DNA from: Hypanus sabinus
Lineage: Eukaryota
Length of the DNA: 64,000 bases
Assembly: GCF_030144855.1 (NCBI RefSeq)
Contig: NC_082714.1
Span: 94,550,001 to 94,614,000 of the forward strand
Reading direction: 5' to 3'
Below, one piece after another: positions 37,060-48,860 of the stretch; position 1 is the first letter of the stretch; each line of letters opens with the position of its first letter. The notes under the pieces were generated by a model, which was not told the DNA's origin, did not search any database, and saw only the letters and a list, made by a program, of their open reading frames with translations. A program made the position numbers and the translations under genes.

Positions 37060-40000
37060 CCTGGCCATGCAAGCATGCTGTATAGGTACAGATGCATGTG
37101 GCATCAAAGTCCACAAATTGGCTACCCTTTAGCTGAAGAGATTTCTTAGCATCTTTGTTCAGAATGGTCGCCCCTCTAACCTGAGGCTGTGCCCTCGTGT
37201 CCTAGATTCTTTAACCATGGGAAGCATCCTTTCCATTTCCACTCTGTCTAGGCCTTTCAACATTAGGAAGGTGAGATCCCCCTGCCCCACATCCAGCTGA
37301 ATCCCAGGGAGTACAGACCTAGTGCCATTAAGCTTTCCTTGCATGATAAACCTTTCATTCCTGGAATCCTCACTGCGAACCTTCTCTGGACTCTCCACAG
37401 TGCCAGAATATCCTTTTTAAGACGGGGGGCCCAAAACTGTTCTCAATAGTCAAGCTGGAGCATCACGAGTGCCTTATAAAGCCTCAAAATCCATCTTACT
37501 TTTGTAAGCTAGACCTCTTGAAATGAATGTCAGCGTGACATTTGCCTTCCTCACCGCCCACTCAAACTGCAATTTAACCTTCAGGATGTTCTGCACAAGG
37601 ACACGCAAGTCACTCTGCATCTCAGGTTCCTTAATTTTCTCTCCGTTTAGAAAATAGGCCTTCCATTTATTTCTACTACGAAAGTGCATGACCATGCATT
37701 TTCCAACATTGTATATCATTTTCCTCTTGGCTGCCAATTTTTCTAATTTAAGTCCTTTCCTCAACACCACCTGGCCCTCCAGCTACTTTGTATCATCTGC
37801 AAAATTGGCAAACAAGCCTTCTATTCCATGATCTAAATCATTAAATATACAGATAAAAAGAGGAGGTCTCAGCACCGATACCTTCGGAGCCCGACAAGTT
37901 TCTGGCAACCAACCAGAAAAGGATACTTATATTTCCCCTCCCTGCCTCCCACCAATCAGCCAACGTTTCTGTTATATCATGGAGTCATACATCGTTAAGC
38001 AACCTCATGTGTGGCACCTGTCAAAGGCCTTCTGAAAGTCTAAATATACAAAATCTACAGCATTACTTTTATCCTACTTATATTCTCAAAGAATTCCAAC
38101 AGTTTCTTCAGGCAGGATTTTCTCTGAAGGAATCCATGCTGATTGTGTGCAATGTTGTCCACTATGCCAAGTAATCCATCACCTCATCCTTAAAAATTCA
38201 CTCTAACATCTTCACAAACACTGAGGTCAGGCTAACTGGTCTATAATTTCCTTTCTGCTGCCTTGCTCCTTTCTTAAAGAGTGGAGTATAATTTGAAAAA
38301 TTCCAGTCCACTGGTATCATGCCAGAGACCAATTATTTTTGTAAGTTCTTTTCTAATGTCACCACAATCTTTAACACTACTTCTTTTCAGACAATATGGT
38401 GTAGTTCCTCTGCTCCATGTAACTTAGATACCTTCAGGCCTTTTAGCTTTTAGAGCAACTTCTCTTTTGGAAAAGTAACTGCACTTACTTCCTTTCCTTC
38501 ACACACAAGAACATCAGGAAAACTGCTAGTGTCTTCCACAGTGAAGACTAACTCAAAATATTCATTTAGTTCATCTGCCGTCTTCTTGTCCCCCGTTAAG
38601 ATTCTCCTGCCTCATTTTCTAACAATCCTATATACACTCTAATTTCTCTTTCATTTTTAACATAGTTGAAAAAATTGTTTACTATTCACTTTGATATTAT
38701 TGGTTAGCTTGCTAATATATCTCTTAGTTTCCCTTCTAAAGATTTTTAGTTGATTGTTTAGATTTTAGTAGATTTTTTAGAACTTCCTAATCCTCTATCT
38801 TCCCACTAATTTTTGCATTGTGTATGCTCTTTTACACTAGCAATGACTTTCCTTGCCAGCCAATATGTTACCGGTTGAGTATTTCTGTTTTTTTTTTGGA
38901 ATACAAATACCCTGCACCTTCCTCATTTTTCCCAGAAACGCACGTCATTGCTGCTCTGCTGACATGCCTGCAGGGAGCTCCTTCCAATTTACTTTTATCA
39001 ACTGCTCTCTCACACCACTTTAATTTCCTTCACGCTACTCAAACACTTCTACATCAGACTTTATTTCCCCCTATCACATTTTATGTTGAACGCAGTCGTA
39101 TTGTGATCACTGGCTCCTCAGGGTCCTTTTTGCCTTGAGCTCACTAATAGCCTCCGGTTCATTACATAACACCCAATCCAGTATAGCTAATCTCCTATTA
39201 GGCTCAACGAAAAACTGCTCTAAAGAACTGTCTCTTAGGCATTCAACAAACGCACTCTCTTGAGATCCATTACCAACCTGCTTTCCCTAATCGACTTGCA
39301 TGTTAGAATTTCCTGTAACTACTATAACCTTGCCTTTTATATTTCCTGCCGTTACGTATGGTTCATCTCCAGCTTCTGTTGGGGCACCTGTTTATAAGTG
39401 CCATACATGTCCTTTTACTCTTGCAGTTACTTAATTCAACACACAATGATTCAACATCTTCCGATCTTATGACACATTTGATTTGATGCCGTTCTTTACC
39501 AGCAGAGCCACTGTCTACTTTCCTATCCCTCCGATATAACGTGTAACCTGGACATTCAGCTCCCAACTATAACCATCCTTCAGCCACAATTCAGTGATGG
39601 CAACAACAGCATACCTGACAATCTGTAATCTTGCAACAAGATGATCCACCTTAATTTTTATACTATGCGCATATAGATACAACACATTGATTACCGTATT
39701 TGCTGTTATTTCTGATTCTTCATTCCTAAAAACTGATACTCAGCCTGCTGGCTCAATTGAGTGCTGCCACCTGCGTGCTTTTCCTGACAATCTGACTGCA
39801 CGCCACCTTTACTTTCTTTCCATCTGTCCTATAGTGAGTCCTTTCTCTCCTGTTCCTAACACCCTGCCAAGTTATTTTCAACCCTCCACAACAGCTCCAT
39901 CAAGCCCGTTCGCGATAATATTGCCCGCCTCCCCATCTCAGGTTCTGGACAATCCATCATTTTGAACATGTCATACCTCCAACAGAAGAGATCCCAATCA

Positions 40001-40620
40001 TCCATGACCCTGAAGCCGTGCCCCCCACAGCCCTCCCCGCATCAGCGTCTCAACCACTGATATATCTGACAGATCGTCCTGTTTCTCTGTCAGTAATCCA
40101 CAAACTATTTCCCGAGGGATCCTGCTTTTCAGCTTTCTACCTAGCTCTCTAAATTCTCTTTTCAGGACCTCATTTCTTTTCCTTCCTATATTCTTGATAT
40201 CAATATGTACCAAAAAATCTGGCTGCTCAACCTCCATATCTGAGACATCCCTGACCCTGGCACCTGTGATGCAACTTACCATCATGGTGTTCCGTTCACG
40301 TCTACAGAATTTCCTGTCTGTTTCCCTGTCTATCGAGTCCTGTATCATTTCCACTGCTTTCCCTCTCTTTCCCTTCTGCTCCACAGACCCATGTTCAGTG
40401 TCTGTAGCACAGTCGCCGTTGAACGTTCCTGAGTGGTCATCCTCCACAAATGTATGCAAAGTGGTATACTTGTTCTTGAAGTGAATGGCCACAGGTGTGC
40501 CGAGCTCTTACTGCCTATTTCAATTGCTCATGACAATCACCCAAATACTCTCCTCCTGTAATTTCGTGGTGACTACTTCTCTGTAACTTTGATCAGTTAT
40601 CTCCTCGCTCTCCTGACATT
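37060..40620 (-). mobile_element. Long degenerate CR1 LINE (ORF1 + ORF2 remnants)
   Basis: ORF1 esterase remnant (QDSIDRETDRKFC..GARVRDVSD) at 39998-40492, endonuclease remnant near 39360-39570 and RT C-terminal remnants near 37160-37770. Confidence 0.8.
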
Positions 40621-41619
40621 CAGGAAGTGCCTGCAGGTCACCCGGGAAACAGGAATAGAAAACGTGATCGCCAAACATCTTGGTGATGTCTTGGTAATCG
40701 TGTCATAGCTTGCGCAGTAGAAAGATAGACAATCAGCCGACGCAGTGCATGTTTATTATCAGCAGGCCGCCTGTGAAGTGATTCACAGGAGTTGCTGAAG
40801 AAAGAAATCCAGCTGTTCACAGCGTATATCCAAACACTTGGCCGAGGGAACGAAGTGTAATATTGCCATGTCTGTTGATTATCAGGATTGTCAGGACACT
40901 GAGAAAGACTATGTTGATGTTTAAAGGTTATTTAAAAAGGCGGGGATACGAAATACCGAATAAAATGTAGAAAACGTGAAGTAATGTGTAAACAAAAATC
41001 AAAATTGGAATCTCTTTCAATGTCGAATATATGCGGTCATCTGTGAAAGTTCATGTTGAAGTTTATTGCCAATTAACCATACACATGGAAATAAATGATC
41101 CATCCTTCCTCTGAGGCCAATGTGAAAAACACAGTAGATAGAGCCAGAGATATTCGATAGAGTTACATCCAACTCTTACAGTCACAAATTATATGATAAC
41201 ACAAGTGTCTGAGTGGCAAGATCTGAAGATCGACCGGTTGAGATAAAGTATGAAATGAATGTTTATGTAAGACCAAATAATGTTTATTTATCCATCTATT
41301 TATGTATGTATTTATTTGTTTGCTTGTATTTGCACAATTTGTCTTATTTTGCACGTTGGTTGTTTGTCCGTCTTACTGTTTAGCTTTTCACTGATTCAGT
41401 TGTATTTAAATGTACATACTGTGAATGTCCGGAAAACAATGAAACTCAAGGAAACATATGATGCCTTACCGCACTCTGATAGTAAATTTATTTGAACTTT
41501 GAATTTTATAATCTCAAGCCTGTGACCACCGTCTAATTTATAAGCCTCAATTTCCCTGCATCGATGCTTCCTGGCCCGTTCAGTTCTTCACGTTCTTTCT
41601 GAATTGCGGCAGATTCCAG

Positions 41620-44600
41620 TGTTACGTACTCGTGACACGTGACAGTGGTACCCTTGTCACGTGACTGGGGTTGAAGCTATACTGGACTTGAGGTAATGGT
41701 CTTGTGATGGTGGAGTGACGTCATTTTCCCGCCTTTAGAGGTCATGTGACAGGTTTTTTTACAGGGTATAAAAGGAGGACGCCTCCCTGTGTGGAGGGAC
41801 AGTTCGTGGCTGGATTTCCCATGTTGACTTCATGACACTGCGTGATTTAATGTGATGACGCAGTTTAGTTGAAAGATGAAGTTTTATCTAATGCCTGAAG
41901 TTTAAAAGGTCATTGCCAGCAGTTTCTTTACAATACCGCTAGTTGAGAATCAGTGGAGAGTAAAGATCGAAGTACGGGAGATAAAAGATCAAGGAGAATC
42001 GATTTCGACGGTGAAACAGGTTCGACCTTGTTTGATCCTTATTCGGAAGGATTTCGTTGACTGTTCTCGTGTTAATCCCTGCGAAATAGCAGAAAGGATT
42101 GAGGACAGAGTTGTAAAGGAAAGGTCAGTGCCTTTAAGCCGTTTCGTTTCGTAAATTCTTCGTGGGAAAAGTTCGATTTGGGAAACGAAGCAACACGACG
42201 TGAAAGGGAATTTTAAAAAGTCTCTCCCTTAAATGGACTGTGAGCATTTTGAACTTTTGCCAATACTACTTTAAAGAACCGTTTTTGCAACATCGCTTTA
42301 AGAACTGTTTAAGCTTCATAGCTTCAAGAACTGTTTAAGCTGCCGCACAGCAGCTGATTTCCGGTTACGTTAGTGATTTGTTTACTTTTGGGGGGTTTGT
42401 TTTCAGTGTTTAATAAACATGTTATTTGTTATAAAAACCCTTGCCTAGCTCATATATTTATTGTTGCCTGAATCCGTAACGTAAATATGGGGGCTGCGTC
42501 CGGATTGGATCATTTGAGTTTAAAAGCTTGTTAAATTTTGAATCGGTGTTTTGGGAAAGGGGAATACTTGATTCTTTTGTTTGATTGGCTTGTGAGTGGT
42601 ATTCGGCAACAATGATTATTGATGAGTTTCTGGCTTCACCAGGCGCCGAGATGTTAGCGAAGGCGAAAAAAACTGAGATGTCTGAGATAGCTAGTAGATT
42701 GCAACTTAAAGGTATTTTGAAGACTACATCAAAGGCTGAAATACAGAGAAAAATTGCGTCACTATGTGGATTCGGGTGTTTTTGATGAATCGATTTTAGA
42801 GTCGTTTCCAATAAGTAATCTGGAGATGCAGTTGCAAATCGAACAAATGAAGTTGGAACATATTAAAGCAGAATTGGAGCGTTGTAGATTAGAAGCTGAT
42901 CAGAAAAAAAGGGATTTTGAATATGCAATGACGGAATTAAGGTCTGGGAATCAGTCTTCTTGTTCTAGAAAACCGTTTGTTGCTAGTCAAGAAGTTAAAT
43001 TGGTCCCACCATTTAGTGAAACAGAAGTGGAAAGATATTTCCAACATTTTGCAACTATTGCTCGGATGTCAGAGTGGCCGAAAGATAAATGGTCACTGTT
43101 GTTACAGAGTGTAATTAAAGGCAAAGCACAACAAGTTTACACAGCTTTAATTGCTGCGCAATCACTTGATTATGATATTGTGAAGATGCATATTTTAAAG
43201 TCATACGAATTAGTCCCAGAAGCGTATAGAGAGAGATTCAGAAGTTTGAAGAAGTCTGTGGAAAAGACTTATGTGGAAGTTGCCTATGATAAAGCTGTGT
43301 GTTTTGAGAGATGGGTTTCTTCTAAAAATGTAAATGAGGTCTGTAATACATTGAAAGAGCTGATTTTAATGGAGGAATTTAAAAGAACCATTCCTTTTGA
43401 AGTAAAGACCTACTTAAATGAGAGGGATACTGATAAATTGCAGGACTGTGCTAGATTAGCTGATGAGCATGTGTTAATCCATTAGAATAAATTTCCTCAG
43501 GGCAGAATTTCTAAGAGGAGAAATAACACGGGGACTCAAGGTAAATCAGAAATTAACTCAGAAGTTAATGAGAAAGGTAAGGAGGAAGGAAAACCTGTGA
43601 AGGAAAGACAGTTTGGTCTTATTTGTAACTATTGTAAGAAACCTGGCCATGTAATAGCTAACTGTTTCAGAAATGAAAAAAAAAGAGAGGGAAGCAGTTC
43701 CAGATGCTTGTGTGCAACATACGGAAGCACGTGTAAAATTACAGGGTTCGATAAACACAAATGAGGTTTTGTTAGAGTCTGACCAAGTTAGAAAGGGATA
43801 TGATCATTTTATAACTGAATGGTTTGTATCCTTGAAAGAAGGATCTACTCTGGTGCCAATAAAAATCCTTAGGGATACTGGAGCTTCTCAATCACTGATG
43901 TTAGACAGTGTATTGAAATTTAATGAAGAGTCTGATACTGGTGAGGTAAATTATATAAGAGGTGTTGGGAGTGATTTTATGCCTGTACTTTTGCATAAAG
44001 TAAATTTAAAGTCAGGGTTAATTACAGGATTTGTTAAAGTAGGATTACAACCTAGCTTACCTGTGAAGGATATTTCTTTATTGTTAGGTAATAACCTGGC
44101 AGGTGGACAAGTTTTTCCTGAAGTGCATTTGACAATGGAGTCAAAAGAACCAGAGATGAATTCTAACACGGATTCTTCCTGTGTTGTGACTAGAGCTATG
44201 GCTAAAAAGATTGATGCGCAGAATGAGGTTGTTACTCATGACTGTTCAACTCAGGATTCGAGTTTTGAGGATGTGTCAGAGACTTTCTTACCTTCGTTGT
44301 TTGAACAAGATTCTTGGAGTTAGTCTGACTATGAAGATTTACCTCTGTCTCGGCATGAGATGATAGCAGAGCAGAATAGAGACCCTGAGATTATAAAATT
44401 AAGTGAACAAGCTCTGCTAGATATTGAAATTGAGAAGGTGCCAGTAGGATATTACTTGGAAAAAGGAGTGTTGATGCGGAAGTGGAGATCGCCTACAATT
44501 TCTGCAAGTGAGGAATGGAATATGGTTTACCAGACAGTTGTCCCTAAAGTTTATTGAAATGAGATTTTGACTTTAGCTCATAGTTTGCCTTTCGGTGGAC

Positions 44601-47600
44601 ATCAAGGTGTAAGGGAAACTGTGGACAAGACTTTAAAACATTTTTACTCTCCTGGTTTAAGAAAAGGTGTGGCGATGTTTTGTAAAACGTGCCATACTTG
44701 TCAAATTGTGGATAAACCAAATCAAGTTACACCAGTGGCTCCATTACAACCTATTCCAGCATTTGTTGAACCGTTTTCTAAAGTTATTGTAGATTATGTT
44801 GGTCCATTACCGAAGACAAAAACTGGTTATCAGTACTTGTTGACTATCATGTGTACTTCGTCTAGGTTTCCAGAGGCAGTACCACTTAGGAATATAAAAG
44901 CTAAAACTTTGACAAAGGCTATTATAAAATTCTTTACTTATTTAGGATTACCTAAGGAAATACAAACTGATCAAGGCAGTAATTTTAAGACTGGAGTGTT
45001 TCAACAAATAGTTTATAAATTGGGAGCTAAGCAATTCACTTCGTCTGCATACCATCCAGAATCGCAAGGTGCCTTGGAGAGGTTTCATTCTAACCTCAAG
45101 AATATGATTAGGACATATTGTGTGGAAAATGAAAATGATTGGGATGAGGGTATAAACTTACTTTTATTTGCAGCAGGGAATCGGTATAAGAATCCTTAGG
45201 TTTCAGTCCATTTGAACTTGTGTTTGGACATAGAGTTAGAGGACCTTTAGCTTTATTAAAAGAACAGTGGACTAGTAAGGAAATACACATTAATTTGTTG
45301 TACTATGCTTTGAAATTTAAGGACAGGTTACATAATGCTTGTAGCTTAGCCAAGGAAAATTTAAAATTGGCTCAGGAGAAAATGAAAACTTGGTATGATA
45401 AAGAAGCTAGGATGAGGATGTTTAAGCCTGGAGATAAGGTGTTGGCTCTTTTCCCAGTGCAAACGAATCCTTTACAAGCTAGATTTCATGGTCCTTATGA
45501 AATTGTGTCTAAAATCAATTACGTGGATTACGTGATTAAAAACTCCAGATCGCAGAAGGTCAACGCAACTTTGCCATATAAATATGATAAAACCATATTA
45601 TGGGAAACAATCTGATACTGTGACTGTTGTGGTTAGTGAGAATGAGTTTGATTTAACTGGGAATATGATAGATGATTCATCTGAATTTCATTCTAAATCC
45701 AACATTGTTTCTGTTAGGTTAATAAATTCAACCATTCTGGAAAATATTGATGAGAAATTAGTACATTTACAGCTAGAGCAGAAGCAACAGATGAAGGAAT
45801 TATTTTTTAAATATAAGGATTTGTTTCCAGATGTTCCGAGAAGGACTACTATAGCTTCACATTATGTAGATGTTGGAGATGCCAAACCTATTAAACAACA
45901 TCCATATAGGATGAACATAGAAAAATGCGAACTTGTTGAGAAAGAATTGAATATATGTTAGAGAATAATATTATTAGACATTCTAACTCGAATTGGAGTT
46001 CACCCTGTGTTATGGTGCCAAAGCCAGATGGTAGTATTAGGTTTTGTACGGACTATAGGAAGATGAATGCTGTAACGAAAACAGATGCATATCCAATTCC
46101 AAGAGTAGATGATTGTGTAGATAAAGTTGGAAAAGCAAAGTTGCTTACAAAGATTGATTTATTGGAAGGGTATTGTTGTGTTCCATTAACGGCCAGAGGT
46201 AGAGAGATTTCTGCATTTGTAACTCCATCTGGGCTATATGAATATATTGTTCTTCCATTTGGGATGAAGAATGCCCCAGGTACTTTCCAGCGGACGATTA
46301 ACTCTGCGATTCAGGGATTGACAGATACTAATGCTTATATTGATGATTTAGTGACAGGAAATGATACTTGGGAAGCACACATTATTGCGGTGGAGAAATT
46401 GTTTGAAAGGCTTTCAAAAGCTAACTTACTTATTAATTTAGCTAAGAGTGAATTTGGACATGCCACTGTGACTTAACTTGGTTATCTTGTGGGTCAAGGT
46501 AAGGTAGCTCCCGTTCAGGCAAAAGTTCGGGCAATTTTAGAGATTCCCACTCCAACGGGGAAAAAAACTCTCAGAAGATTCTTGGGAATGGTAGAGTATT
46601 ATCGAAAATTTTGTAAGAATTTTGCTAATGTTGCACTTCCATTAACTAACATTTTGCAGAAGAATGTGAAGTTTGTGTGAACAGTGCCCTGTCAAGAAGC
46701 ATTTGAAAAATTGAAAACAATGATATGCCAACAACCTGTGCTCAAGGCACCTGACTTTGAAAAACCTTTGGTCATTAGCTGTAGATGCTAGTGATGACGC
46801 TGCAGGAGCAATATTGATGCAAAGGAATGAGGGTTATGAGGTTGATCATCCAGTAGCTTACTTTTCTAAGAAATTTAATAAGCATCAAAGAAACTATTCG
46901 ACAATAGAGAAGGAATTGTTATCTCTTGTTTTAGCTTCAGAATATTTTGAGGTATATGTTGGTACAACTCAAAAACCACTTATTGTTTACACTGATCATA
47001 ATCCATTAGTTTTTCTGAGTAAGATGAAAAACAAAAACAGAAGATTATTAAATTGGAGTTTGATGCTACAAGAGTACAATATTGTGATAACTCATATTAA
47101 AGGTAAAGATAATGTGGTTGCTGATTGTCTATCTCGATGTTGAATGTACAATGTAATTTTTTATGGAGTGTTTTTTTTCCATTGTAACACTCCTACTGTA
47201 TACTGTATTGTGAGTTGTAAGATGTTATATGATGGTATTGTATATTGTGTATGTTATAAAATTTATATATTTGTTTTTCTTGTAAATAATTTTTGAAATT
47301 TTTGTTCTTGTCAGACCAAAAATGTTTTTTTTGGAGGAAGGTGTTACGTACTGGTGACACGTGACAGTGGGACCCTTGTCACGTGACTGATGTTGAAACT
47401 GTACTGGACTTGAGGTAATGTTCTTGTGATGGTGGAGTGACGTCATTTTCCGCCGGTAGAGGTCATGTGACAGGTTTTTTTACAGGGTATAAACGGAGGA
47501 CCCCTCCCTGTGAGAAGGGGCAGTTCGTGGCTGGATTTGTCATGTTGACTTCATGCCACTGCGTGATTTAATGTGATGACGCAGTTTAGTTGAAAGATGA

Positions 47601-48203
47601 AGTTTTATCTATTGCCTAAAGTTTAAAAGATCATTGCCAGCAGTTTCTTTACAATACTGCTAGTTGAGAATCAGTGGAGAGGGAAGATCGGATTTCGGGA
47701 GATAAAAGATCGAGGAGAATCGATTTCGACGGTGAAACCCTTGTTTGATCTTTATTCGGAAGGATTTCGTTGACTGTTCTCGTGTTAATCCCTGCGAAAT
47801 AGCAGAACCGATTGAGGACAGTGTTGTAAAGGAAAGGTTAGTGCCTTTAAGCCGTTTCGTTTCGTAAATTCTTCGTGGGAAAAGTTCGATTTGGGAACCG
47901 AAACAACACGACGTGAAAGAGAATTTAAATCGTCTTAAAAATTTTCTCCCTTAAATGGACTGTGAGCATTTTGAACTTTTGGCAATACTACTTTAAAGAA
48001 TTGTTTTTGCAACATCGCTTTAAGAACTTTTTAAGCTTTATAGCTTCAAGAACTGTTTAAGCTGCCACACAGCAGCTGATTTCCGGTTACGTTAGTGATT
48101 TGTTTACTTTTGGGGGGGTTGTTTTCAGTGTTTAATAAACATGTTATTTGTTCTAAAAACCCTTGCCTAACTCGTATATTTATTGTTGCCTGAATCCGTA
48201 ACG
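41620..48203 (+). mobile_element. Full-length decayed Gmr1-like Ty3/Gypsy LTR retrotransposon
   Basis: 862-bp LTRs (41620-42481, 47342-48203), tRNA-Pro-like PBS TGGGGGCTGCGTCCGGAT (42488-42505), PPT before 47342 and TSD CCAG/CTAG. Gag with CCHC knuckle; pol order PR-IN-RT-RH. Confidence 0.95.
42612..47143 (+). pseudogene. gag-pol of the Gmr1-like element, disrupted
   Basis: Gag capsid/SCAN-like ELILMEEFK..CARLADEH; CNYCKKPGHVIANC; protease LRDTGAS; integrase HHCC and core (VDYVGPLP, IQTDQGSNF, ESQGALERF); RT YIDD; RNase H VDASD..ADCLSRC*. Multiple frameshifts and stops. Confidence 0.9.
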
Positions 48204-48571
48204 CTAGCATCTGCAGCCGTTTGCAACACCAGTAAAATTATTGCTGAATTTCTGTAGTTACCATCTGATGATACGCGAAAGTTTCACTGCCTGAATGAGC
48301 ATTGGCAATACATTCTACGGGTCTTTATATATGATATAACTTAAGGTTAAATAATTCTGAATTTAGTGATTAAAGTTTCAAAAATAAGCAAGGTAGCCAT
48401 TCAAAGTTTCCGAAAGACAGCAAGGACATTCCAATCAATAAACAGACCCTAAGACACCAGTTTGAAGACTCTGGAGCCGAAGCAGTTCCCGAAGCTTGCA
48501 GAACAGCGCAATTTCGCTGAGAATTTTTGGACGCAAGCTATCAGCACCTGTCCGGAGGAACGTCTCCAAAA

Positions 48572-48860
48572 ATGCAACTCCTGTGGGTTCTGCAGGTCCA
48601 TTTACCCGGTAAGAATCGGATTGGTTCACGCATGGATTATGCATTAAAATTGGGAATACTGTTGATATTTATTTTGATCCAAGACACCCAGTAGTTTTAT
48701 TGTGCTTTATTGCAGATATCCAGGCGGCCGCAGAGTTCAGTCAGACCCCAATGGCCGGACCTGATTCCGCAGAACAAGCCTTCCGTTCAATTGGTCGAAT
48801 ACAAAACGGTAATGTTGGAAGTTACTGCATGAACTGGTACCGACAGCGTACAGGGGAGAC
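48572..48860 (+). pseudogene. IgL sigma-2 (NS5-like): Second IgL type I leader + truncated V exon
   Basis: Leader MQLLWVLQVHLPG (48572-48608), intact GTAAGA...TTGCAG intron, V exon from 48716: DIQAAAEFSQTPMAGPDSAEQAFRSIGRIQNGNVGSYCMNWYRQRTGE. First Cys is replaced by Gly. Cut by an LTR at 48861. About 37 differences in 144 nt versus V1 (hand count). Confidence 0.9.

Noticed and set aside
36157-38560. CACAGTG heptamers as recombination signal sequences
   Set aside because: None has a nonamer at 12/23 spacing or an adjacent V/J; several lie inside CR1.
40680-40830. Minus-strand DCLSFYCASYD resembling a V-domain YYC end
   Set aside because: Upstream motifs fall in other frames with wrong spacing (about 61 nt versus about 84 nt expected), and there is no leader, Trp or J.
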